This document shows positions 1-8,874 of a stretch of DNA of 64,000 nucleotides, one piece after another. Under the pieces are notes generated by a model that saw nothing but the letters and a program-made list of their open reading frames with translations, ran no database searches and was not told where the DNA came from. Each line of letters opens with the position of its first letter. Positions within the stretch are counted from its first letter, which is position 1. The DNA lies in NCBI GenBank assembly GCA_963776275.1, contig CAVZMI010000027.1:17939-81938 (forward strand), read 5' to 3'. This stretch comes from Ignavibacteriota bacterium (GTDB lineage: Bacteria > Bacteroidota > Ignavibacteria > UBA10030 > CAVZMI01). The position numbers and the translations under genes are program-made.

Positions 1-384
1 ATGGATATTTTCTCGTTTTAATAGTTTACATACGCTTGAGAGATAGTCGATAAATAGCAACGGTTCGCCGCCGGTGAAGGTAACCCCGCCTGAAGAGGAT
101 TGATAAAAAACCCGGTCACGAAGAATTATTTTCACAAGTTCTTCAGGTGATATATATTGCCCGACTTTCAATCTTGCCATCGAGTAGCAACCGCTCCTGC
201 AATTACCACAGTTGATGCATTTATCTCTATAATAAATCGTTTCAGGTTTTATGTTCTGAGATTCCGGATTTTGACACCATACACATCTTAACTGACATCC
301 TTTCATAAAAATAACGGTTCGGATGCCGGGTCCATTGACAAAGGAACCATGAATGATATCAAATATTAAGGGTTTTATAGTCAA
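1..384 (-). CDS. Glycyl-radical enzyme activating protein (radical SAM), 5' part; runs off the window start
   Basis: Not in the ORF track. Hand translation from TTG at 384 gives MTIKPLIFDIIHGSFVNGPGIRTVIFMKGCQLRCVWCQNPESQ...CINCGNCRSGC...SSGGVTFTGGEPLL. This has the NGPGIRT, CxxxCxxC and GGEP motifs of GRE activases. Confidence 0.95.
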   Translation of the reverse strand, partial: MTIKPLIFDIIHGSFVNGPGIRTVIFMKGCQLRCVWCQNPESQNIKPETIYYRDKCINCGNCRSGCYSMARLKVGQYISPEELVKIILRDRVFYQSSSGGVTFTGGEPLLFIDYLSSVCKLLKRENIH

Positions 385-385
385 T

Positions 386-871
386 TTAGATTTCGAAAAT
401 GACTTTCAGATGTTTTGCCATGTAACCGAATTTCATCAAATAATTCAAATTGCCGTCATAGCTGAGCTTATTTTCAAGCACGAAAGAAAATACATCGGGA
501 TCTTCCGCCATCAGGAATTCCCATAACGCTTTACCGTCCTTAAAGATCACGGTCACATTGGTATCTTTTATTTCATTTTTCTTTATTATCATTTTATTAT
601 CTTTGAATACCGCGGACGCGACGATTTTCCTGTCTGCGCTTTTAAAAGCGTATCGAGCTTTAAAAGCCACGATATTTCTCTGGTAGTTAAGATCGACATA
701 GAGAACAAGTCGTATGATTTTGAGCAAGAGCTCAAGAAAATCATCCATTATTTCGCTTTCTATATTCCGGATGACTTTGTTTATTTTTTTTATCAACCGT
801 TTCAATAATACTCTCCGGAAGAAGTTCGCCATCCGTGTAATGAGTTTTCGAAATAGATTTTGCATTATCAT
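386..871 (-). CDS. SCP2 (sterol-carrier/lipid-binding)-like small protein
   Basis: The C-terminal pattern DTNVTVIFKD...DPDVFSFVLENKLSYDGNLNYLMKF resembles the SCP2 fold. It overlaps the GRE stop codon, suggesting translational coupling. Confidence 0.65.
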   Translation of the reverse strand: MIMQNLFRKLITRMANFFRRVLLKRLIKKINKVIRNIESEIMDDFLELLLKIIRLVLYVDLNYQRNIVAFKARYAFKSADRKIVASAVFKDNKMIIKKNEIKDTNVTVIFKDGKALWEFLMAEDPDVFSFVLENKLSYDGNLNYLMKFGYMAKHLKVIFEI

Positions 872-3393
872 TCACCTCCTTCACCCGAATTGTTCAGTGG
901 TTCGGCTTTCCCCGACAGGAGATTGTACTGCGTACGGGTGATCAATTCATGTTTCATGGCTTCATTTAAATCTTTGAAGTAAGCTGAGTATCCGGAAACT
1001 CTGACTATTAATTCGGGATATTTATCAGGGTGTTTCTGGGCATCCCGCAGCGTTTCATAGGTCTGGATATTGTATTGGACCTGCATTCCTCCGAGTGAGA
1101 AGTAACTTTCAAGCATATCGGCGAAACGTTCCAGGTACGATGTTCCATTGTCCGATTGTGGTTGAGGTGTGTATTTCATGTTCAATGCAACACCGCCCGG
1201 GATGAATTTGCTGCCCAGCTCAGCAACAGACTTATATACTCCGGTCAGATCCCTGGCACATTGCGACGCAGGGGTTATACCGCTTGAGAATACCTCATAA
1301 TTTTTCCTGCCGTTTGGAAGAGTTCTGCCGATTTTCCCAAGACCCGCGTGGTTTGTCATTGTCCAAAACGCCGGCCTGTATCTACCGCCGCGGTAATTTG
1401 TATGACTCTGATAAATATCATACAGAAAACGGATCAGGCGTTGAGAATTCTTCACGGCAACCGGATGTTCAGCAATCGAATCGTCCATGCCGAATTTTGG
1501 AACAAAATTCTTGATATAATCATGGATCCTTTCATAAGATTCGAAATTCTTATCGACAGCATCCATCAGTTTAGCCATCGTCGCCACGTTTTTCAAATAG
1601 ACTATATCTTCAACGGCGTTTAAGGAATCGCAAACATCTGCAAAACCAACGTGTGTCACACCCGAAGAGTTATATATCGCCCCGCCGAAGATCAAGTCCT
1701 TTCCTTTTTCCATGGGACCTTCAAAAAAGCAGGAGAGAAGCGGCGTCGGCAGGAGCTTTTGATGGGCTTTACCCAGCTCTTCGTTTAACCCGATCGCCAT
1801 TTCAATTAACGACTTTAACTGCGTTTCAAATGCCGTTTGAAATTCTTCGAAAGTCTTGAAATCTTCCGGTTTGCCTGTTTGAGGACCGACTTGCAGATCG
1901 CCTGTGATGAACGGACGTTTTCCATTATATAGAGTCATGTCCATCGCCGCCGTGAGGTTTAACAATATCGATGATGTGGACATATATTCTCTACCGGCGC
2001 TGCCTAACTCGACACATCCAACTATCGCATAATCCCGTGCATGATCAGTTCTAACACCTTGATTTTCCAAAGAGCTTATATTGGCCGCATCGTTGTAAAA
2101 AGCGGGTATCGCCTTTGTATTTATTATGACGCGGATTACTCTATCACGATATTTTTTATCGTTTATTTTATCATGATAACGGGCATTAACATTCGGATCT
2201 TTAATTACGAGAAGCTCTGTTATTTTAAGCATCAGATAAGTTAAATCGTTTACGGCATCGTTTCCATCTTTATCAATTCCTCCAAGGGTTACCGCCGGTA
2301 CAGATCCTGCACCGCCGAACATTTTCTCTGCGCTTTCCGGAACAAGATTGGTATTATCTGAAATTTTTAACCATAGACAACCGATAAGGGTCAATGTGTC
2401 CTTGACGTCAATTCGATTTTGCTCAAGATCTTTTTTGAAATAGGGGTAAAGAACCTGATCTAATCTACCGGGGCTCATCGCCATGTTTACGTTTTCTGCC
2501 AGGATCCCGACATGACACAGCCACAGACCATTTATCGCTTCTCGAAAGGTTTCAGCAGGCCGGGCAGGAACTTTTGCACAAATATCGGCCATTTCAAGAA
2601 AATTCTTTCGTTCCTCCTCGGATGATGATTTGACCGATAATTCCAATGATTTTTTTGACAGATTTTGTGCATAATTCATGATTCCCTGCATTGCTATTTG
2701 CATGGCTTCATAGAATATAATCTTTTCTTTTGCTTCCGGATCCGACTTTTTGGTTTTTAATTCTTCCGCTTTTTGTTTTACTTCTTCAATGAAAGCAATC
2801 AATCCTTTACTTAAAGCTTTCTCATAATAAGGAACGGTATGTGAAATTACGGTCGATTTACCCGCCATAAAAAATGCAATTTTTTCCATCAGCTTTAGAG
2901 CTTTAAGTTCGGGCCTTTTTTCTTGAATAAGTCTTTCCCTTGTCACTTCCAGAACCGTTCGATCCATCCAGAACGGAAATACATCATAATTCAATATATT
3001 TGCTTCTTCTTCTGTTAGAAGTTGAGGATTTGTTTTTCGTGTGCTGATTGTGTCAAGCTCGGGCCATATACTTATGCCGAGTAGTTCGGGATAAACAGGT
3101 GCTCCGATTTCCTTCGAGGTCGAAGAACCTGCAATAGGATTTTCATTATGAAAAACAGGCTCTCTTTTACTGAGGTAGTGATTGATCGCCTTCGCCCTTG
3201 TGATTTCCACCGGTTCATCGGGATCATCAGGATTTCTCATGTAATCCGTAATAAGTTTTGCTCTTTCGATGCACACAGCTGTTTTAGCTATTAGATACCG
3301 GGACTTCAGCCTCGATAATACGGGAAGATCGTTCAGATTGTATCCGGATAGATCGGGGTCTTGTTCAATTTCCTTGATTAAGATATTTGCCAT
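868..3393 (-). CDS. Glycyl-radical enzyme (PFL-like family, substrate unknown)
   Basis: 841 aa. Gly loop VRVSGYSAYF, Cys loop DYAIVGCVE (single Cys plus Glu, eliminase type) and SPGRLDQ motif. Confidence 0.95.
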   Translation of the reverse strand: MANILIKEIEQDPDLSGYNLNDLPVLSRLKSRYLIAKTAVCIERAKLITDYMRNPDDPDEPVEITRAKAINHYLSKREPVFHNENPIAGSSTSKEIGAPVYPELLGISIWPELDTISTRKTNPQLLTEEEANILNYDVFPFWMDRTVLEVTRERLIQEKRPELKALKLMEKIAFFMAGKSTVISHTVPYYEKALSKGLIAFIEEVKQKAEELKTKKSDPEAKEKIIFYEAMQIAMQGIMNYAQNLSKKSLELSVKSSSEEERKNFLEMADICAKVPARPAETFREAINGLWLCHVGILAENVNMAMSPGRLDQVLYPYFKKDLEQNRIDVKDTLTLIGCLWLKISDNTNLVPESAEKMFGGAGSVPAVTLGGIDKDGNDAVNDLTYLMLKITELLVIKDPNVNARYHDKINDKKYRDRVIRVIINTKAIPAFYNDAANISSLENQGVRTDHARDYAIVGCVELGSAGREYMSTSSILLNLTAAMDMTLYNGKRPFITGDLQVGPQTGKPEDFKTFEEFQTAFETQLKSLIEMAIGLNEELGKAHQKLLPTPLLSCFFEGPMEKGKDLIFGGAIYNSSGVTHVGFADVCDSLNAVEDIVYLKNVATMAKLMDAVDKNFESYERIHDYIKNFVPKFGMDDSIAEHPVAVKNSQRLIRFLYDIYQSHTNYRGGRYRPAFWTMTNHAGLGKIGRTLPNGRKNYEVFSSGITPASQCARDLTGVYKSVAELGSKFIPGGVALNMKYTPQPQSDNGTSYLERFADMLESYFSLGGMQVQYNIQTYETLRDAQKHPDKYPELIVRVSGYSAYFKDLNEAMKHELITRTQYNLLSGKAEPLNNSGEGGE

Positions 3394-3448
3394 TTTATCT
3401 CCATTATTACCTGCTGCTTATTGTCGCTATAAATGCGGTTTAATGAGC

Positions 3449-4735
3449 CTAACCGATACCAACTGATGAAAATCCTTTTCCCGACTCATAAAAGAATATT
3501 TCTGCACCACAGAATTTCGGTTCATTATATTCATTCATCTCATTCAACCAACCGCCCGTATTGAACATTTTAAATGAGGTACCTTTGGGTAACTGAGGTA
3601 ATTCAATGGAAAGAGCTTCTGGCGAGTTCCACGGAATCGGCTGATGAGTATGTCCGAATATCATTTTTGTCGGCAGAGGAATATCTACACCATATTTATC
3701 TTTTATCTCACTTATTTCATAAACTGTCGATTTGTAAAAATTTTTAAAACGCTCCTGAACATCCGGATCTTCCATAAATTCCGTCCTGTATCTGGTATTT
3801 TTCATGTTTGATAAAGCCTTTAAAATCGCATTTTTGGCAAAATAATAACCTATCGGGATGATGAACTTTCCAATTCCCTTAAGATGGGTTTTTATCTCAG
3901 TTTCCAGACGGTCCAAATATGTTTTTACTCTTCGAACATTTCTATCTTTCAGTTCGTGTTCAAGCTTCTGAACGACTTTTGTCAGCGGGCCCGCCTGCCC
4001 GAGAGCAGAACAACTCATCTGGCTTAACGGAAAATTGATTGCAACCAATTCCTGTATATCAAGAAGTTGTTGATCTTTAACGTCAAGATCACCATCGATT
4101 ATTTCTAATGCCCATTCTCCCATAACGGACCAGAATGGTTCAAGATATTGCCCATGTGTGATAAGTATTGTTTCCTCTTCGGTTATAAAATAAATATTCG
4201 GGTAAACAAAATTAAACGGCAGATTAGGGTCTGTAATGTCGTCAAGGAACAGTCCTGCATATTTAGGCTGGCCCGCTATTCTTTTTGCACTGACGTTATG
4301 AATAGTAAATCCGTTGATTAAAGATTTTGCTCTATCATCTATTATACCGGGTACGGACATTCTGAATTGTATTGGGAGTTTATGATTTTGGATACGGTTT
4401 GAAATGTTCGCCTGGTATTCCACCGTATCCCAAATATCAAAGTCATGGTTACCGGGAACATAAATGATTTCTTTCGTTATATTATCTTTCTTTAGCTCCT
4501 GGAAAAAATGTTTCCCGATTTCATACGCTTCATAATAACAACAGACAGAAAAATCAAATATGTCTCCTAGTAATAAAAGGTAATCCAACGGGTCGTTTCC
4601 AGACCGTCCTTTGATCGTTTTTATGAATTCTTCGTACTTATATCCGACGGAAATATCTCCTGATTGTTGATCCTTGAAAGCCATCGCCGACTTCGCATCC
4701 CCCAGATGAATATCTGAAGTTATTGCAATTTTCAT
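3449..4735 (-). CDS. Calcineurin-like metallophosphoesterase
   Basis: Motifs DIHLG, GDIFD, GNHD, THG and GHTH. First gene of the GRE operon. Confidence 0.9.
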   Translation of the reverse strand: MKIAITSDIHLGDAKSAMAFKDQQSGDISVGYKYEEFIKTIKGRSGNDPLDYLLLLGDIFDFSVCCYYEAYEIGKHFFQELKKDNITKEIIYVPGNHDFDIWDTVEYQANISNRIQNHKLPIQFRMSVPGIIDDRAKSLINGFTIHNVSAKRIAGQPKYAGLFLDDITDPNLPFNFVYPNIYFITEEETILITHGQYLEPFWSVMGEWALEIIDGDLDVKDQQLLDIQELVAINFPLSQMSCSALGQAGPLTKVVQKLEHELKDRNVRRVKTYLDRLETEIKTHLKGIGKFIIPIGYYFAKNAILKALSNMKNTRYRTEFMEDPDVQERFKNFYKSTVYEISEIKDKYGVDIPLPTKMIFGHTHQPIPWNSPEALSIELPQLPKGTSFKMFNTGGWLNEMNEYNEPKFCGAEIFFYESGKGFSSVGIG

Positions 4736-4926
4736 AAATGACCTCGCAAATAATTGATTTGGTTATTATATGGTAAATGCCGGTTATCTGTGCGTGGGAT
4801 TGTAGCTGCGCATTTTAAGCTGCGCGAATAAACCTAAATATAATGCCAAATATTACGAACGTACGCGGATTAAAGCAAGCCTTTTCTCATGTACAATCTT
4901 CATTTTTCTCCTTATCTCTGATAGTG

Positions 4927-5108
4927 TAATCGAACCACTTGCGGCGAGCAGTACTTTAGTATGGTGCACTAAAGTACTACCCTGAGCACGCCGGAGGCGT
5001 GCCGAAGGGTACGGCTTCCGCCTCCATCCGCTTTCCGCCTGCACTCTGTTCCGGCGGACAAGTCGACGGATTCCGGCGGACAGGTCGCCGAGTATAATCG
5101 AACCACTT
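4927..5108. repeat. Cluster of short hairpin elements bracketed by a 14-bp direct repeat
   Basis: TAATCGAACCACTT occurs at 4927-4940 and 5095-5108. Inside are AGTACTTTAGT-N7-ACTAAAGTACT, CCCTGAGCACGCCGGAGGCGTGCCGAAGGG (4980-5009) and two TTCCGGCGGACA(A/G)GT copies. Confidence 0.75.
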
Positions 5109-5597
5109 TGCCATTTCACACTAACCGCTACAAAAAAACGTTAAAAATCACAAGAAAACCTTAGAACTCGAGGTATTTATATCGGAATGAAACGAATCGA
5201 CCTCGGATATATCGAAAGATACGGCCTCGATATACTAGAATGGCCATTTTCTACGTTCGATAATAATCTCGAATTATTTTGTAACTTTTTTACTTCTGAT
5301 AGTGACAAATTATCATGGAGGAGACTTCACAACATAAGGTCTACACACTCTTTTTGAAAAAAGCACTCGATTCGATATAGGCTTCCTCGTCTGGTAAGGA
5401 AATAGCAACGCCGAAAGTTAATCAACTGATTCTATTCTGAATGAACCTCCGACCCATATTCGATCATGGTCGGATTTGCCACGTATTCTTTCTGTCAGAA
5501 AGAAGAGGGGACAATTGGCGGACGAAGGAAGCAATAAAAATCGAAAAGGGTATCATTCATTAACATTACTATTCACAAATTAAAAGGAGGTAGTATT

Positions 5598-7833
5598 ATG
5601 GATGTACCGACTAAAGGTGGTAAGCCTTCCCCGAACTCTTATAAAATTGAAATCCCAATTGATGCATCGGGAATTGAAGGATTTAAACCCGAACAGCAAT
5701 TGAAGGTCCTGCTCGTTCAATCGAACGATAAAATCCTGGCTTCCGGGATCGTGAAACTTGACGTGCAGGGGAAAGGAATTGTTTCGTTAGGGTTATCAGA
5801 AAAACCGAAAACTATTCGAGCGGTGATCGGACCTGAATCGGCAGATGAGGATGAGTTGCTCGGCATGCAAACGCTCAACGTCGCCATTAATACGCGCCAG
5901 CTTGTTGAGGCAAAAGAATTAAGACTTCCCGTTATAATCATCCCCCCCTATTACTGGCATTGGTGGTTAATATGGTGCCGTACATTTACTATACACGGAC
6001 GCGTTTTATGCACAGACGGAAAACCGGTTCCGGGAGCGAAAGTCTGTGCTTACGATATCGATGCATGGTGGTGGTGGGTGAGCAAACAAAATGTCGGATG
6101 TGCGACAACCGACGTTACCGGCTCATTTGAAATCAAGTTCAGATGGTGCTGCGGCTGGTATCCATGGTGGTGGTGGAGACACCGCTTCTGGATACTCGAA
6201 CCGCTGTTGGTTAATCACATAATTCCAGAATTGCAGAAGATACCGCTGCCACATCCGATCCCCCTTCCAGATCCGGTGCCCGATATCAGCGTATTTAAAC
6301 CACTCCTTGGAGAAGATGAATTCGCAAATCTGCAAATTACTCCGTCAATTGAACAGACGAAAAGACTTCTCACGTCAAAGAAAGGACTGTCTGAAACGGC
6401 TGGAAAAATTCCCGTCGAACCGTCATTCCTTGAAGCCGTACGCGAAAAATTACTCAAAATAATTCCTGCTGTTCCTGCGCTGGAACGCCTCAGACTATGG
6501 CCGTGGTGGCCGTGGCATCCCTGGTGGGATTGCACGCCGGATATTATTTTCCGTGTGACACAGGATTGCGAATTGCCGGGTACTGTGATTGTTGAAGAAA
6601 ACATCGGTGATACGCGGTGGAATATTCCCACGACACTCGATGTAACACTTGTCGCCAATGATAAAGCTTGCTGTCTTGGCCAGGGGGATGACCCAGATGG
6701 ATCGTGTGTCGTTCTCACGAATGTCTGCTGGGATTCAATCAACAACATCGGCGGTAATGCCGGTGCGCCGGCTACACCGGCCGGATACCAGAACCCCGGA
6801 ATTGTTTCGTCGTACGGTGATCGTCCGTATGGAGGTAATGTGCTGATTCAGGGGCAGGTCGGGAACGATGTTGATTACTATCAGTTTGAATTCTCACACG
6901 ATAATGGTGTAACGTGGAACGATCTGCCGGCTTCAAACGTCGGAGATATTCCTCGTAAATATTATATACCATCGACCACCACATTCGTGAGTGTTCCATT
7001 CCTCACTACGATTGACGGAAAACTTGTGTTCGAAAGCCGTCAATACTATGAGGCTACTCACAATCCGCTTGCATGGAATGTGACACAATTCTGGATGGCG
7101 GATAATTATTTGTCTCTGATGAACTGGCTTACGGAGAATCCGTTCCTGAACGGTCTCTACCAACTCCGGATGAAAGGTTACAGTCTTATCGGTGGCCACC
7201 TGGCTAACCCATTAATCCTTCCGATTTGCAGCACAATTCAGCAAAATAATCTTGTGTTACAAATTGATAACAGGATTGTGGGTGCAGGAAGCGGGCATCC
7301 GGCAAGCACACCCGATCATCCATGCGGCGGCGGAACCGTCCACTACTGCACAATGGAGCCGGATACGAACTTCATATCGGTGAAGATCATTCATGCTGAC
7401 GGAACAGAATCGAATGTTAACGCATGTTCAACGACGAGCATTATCAATTCCGATATTTTGCAGATCGACTTCTTCGCATATGATCCTGAAGGTCATCTGG
7501 CGTACTTCACACTCGATGCAACTTACGATGTGAATCTCGTAAAACATGTTCTCGGGCTCGCCGGTATGACGATGGCACCGCTGGGGGGTGCCTCGGTTCC
7601 CGCTGCTGCTCAGGTAGTGCCCGACCTACGCGGATGCACTTACAGCAGGAGCAGCCTCACCGATCTGGAAAGGTGGTGCGATTCGTCTGCGCGTTCCTGC
7701 TCATCATGTATTCCCGGAATCATGCTGCTACCAGCTTGAACTTCGCGCTCATAAACGGACGATCGTTCATTGCTATCACAGCCTGTGGAATCATACAAAC
7801 TACAGCGAATATAGTTTTATGATCACAGTATGA
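5598..7833 (+). CDS. Large Trp/Cys-rich hypothetical protein with a carboxypeptidase-regulatory/transthyretin-like domain (frameshift near 7619)
   Basis: Strong RBS AAGGAGG. Contains HGRVLCTDGKPVPGAKVCAYDID and WCCGWYPWWWW. After about 7619 another frame continues PTYADALTAGAASPIWKGG...SCCYQLELRAHKRTIVHC...SFMITV* to TGA at 7831-7833. Confidence 0.75.
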
Positions 7834-7845
7834 ACATCAATCACG

Positions 7846-7880
7846 ATCCTGCCGTCCGTTCAGGACGGCAGGATATTTTT
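7846..7880 (+). terminator. Intrinsic terminator-like hairpin
   Basis: ATCCTGCCGTCC-gttca-GGACGGCAGGAT followed by a T-rich tract. Confidence 0.7.
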
Positions 7881-7881
7881 A

Positions 7882-8214
7882 TTGGAGACGGAAATGAATC
7901 TATATTGGTTGATGCTCGGTATCCTCTGCGTATGGCGAATCACACACTTATTGAATAAAGAAGACGGGCCACGGGACATTTTTTTCCGCTTTCGTCAGAG
8001 TGTAGGTAACGGATTCTGGGGAAATCTGCTGGATTGTTTCTATTGTTTGAGCATGTGGATATCCCTGCCCTTCGGACTCTGGATTGGAAATGCCTGGGAT
8101 GAAAGAATTTTATTATGGCTCTCCTTCTCAGCCGGAGCAATTATTATCGAACGTGTGACCCATTATGAACAAGACAAAGTAACACCACATTATTTTGAAG
8201 ACAAGGAGAAATAA
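7882..8214 (+). CDS. DUF1360-like membrane protein
   Basis: WRITHLLNKEDGP and LLDCFYCLSMW (CxxC) motifs, three hydrophobic segments. Confidence 0.75.
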   Translation: METEMNLYWLMLGILCVWRITHLLNKEDGPRDIFFRFRQSVGNGFWGNLLDCFYCLSMWISLPFGLWIGNAWDERILLWLSFSAGAIIIERVTHYEQDKVTPHYFEDKEK

Positions 8215-8216
8215 TC

Positions 8217-8489
8217 ATGTCGTGTTGCGGGCAGAAGCGAACTGCAGGACAAACCGGACTGTCATATCACATACACAATACTTTTCAGACAAATACGATC
8301 CCACCTCAGGCAACTGAAAAAAAAATTGCAGTTTGTTTTGAATACATTGGAAGAACCGGTTTAACCGTTATGGGCACTATATCAGGAAAGCGCTATCGCT
8401 TCGATCGCACCGGAAGTCTTATCTGTGTAGATCCTAAAGACAGGCCGTCACTTAGTGCCATTCCACAACTACGGGAAATTCGGAGGTAA
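8217..8489 (+). CDS. Small conserved-looking hypothetical protein (N-terminal MSCCG)
   Basis: RBS AAGGAG, starts 2 nt after the DUF1360 stop. Sequence MSCCGQKR...FEYIGRTGLTVMGTISGKRYRF...VDPKD. Confidence 0.75.
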   Translation: MSCCGQKRTAGQTGLSYHIHNTFQTNTIPPQATEKKIAVCFEYIGRTGLTVMGTISGKRYRFDRTGSLICVDPKDRPSLSAIPQLREIRR

Positions 8490-8537
8490 AAAAGATGTGG
8501 AGCGAACCTTCACCTGCTTAGTCTTCCTCGGGAGCGG

Positions 8538-8565
8538 CCCGCTCCGCCGAGCAGAGCGAGGCGAG
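8538..8565 (+). repeat. 28-bp hairpin element (family B)
   Basis: CCCGCTCCGCCGAGCAGAGCGAGGCGAG. Near-identical reverse-complement copies at 23297-23324 and 52524-52551. Confidence 0.8.
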
Positions 8566-8614
8566 AGCTCCCTCGTAACTGATGTTTTCATTTTTTATAA
8601 CCTCGCCTCGAACA

Positions 8615-8747
8615 CTACTCCCACAAATTTCTATCCAGCCTCCTGTACTGAATCGCCTCACTGATATGCTCCGGCTTAATCGAATCCGACCCCGCAAGAT
8701 CAGTCCCGCATAGCGGGATTCGCGATACTTTGAGTATACGGTCATAC
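8615..8747 (-). pseudogene. Duplicated 3' tip of comM/yifB (copy 3, about 43 codons)
   Basis: Translates YDRILKVSR[IPLCGT]DLAGSDSIKPEHISEAIQYRRLDRNLWE*, matching the ComM C-terminus. A TCCCGC-ATA-GCGGGA hairpin replaces the TIA codons. Confidence 0.9.
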
Positions 8748-8874
8748 CCGTTCCTATGTAAGTCTATCGCGATAATCAATGGATTTACCTCAAACGATAA
8801 TGTAAATGTTTGCAGAAACGATGCGAGATAAAATCCATTGCATTAACAGGTTATGTCTATACTAAACTCGTTAT

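Noticed and set aside
868-3393. Pyruvate formate-lyase (pflB) or choline TMA-lyase (cutC) assignment
   Set aside because: Lacks the PFL Cys-Cys pair. No BMC or cut context, and specificity residues cannot be confirmed by eye.
5380-5530. Riboswitch in the leader of the Trp/Cys-rich gene
   Set aside because: Some small hairpins are present, but I could not match a known aptamer consensus. An Rfam search would be needed.
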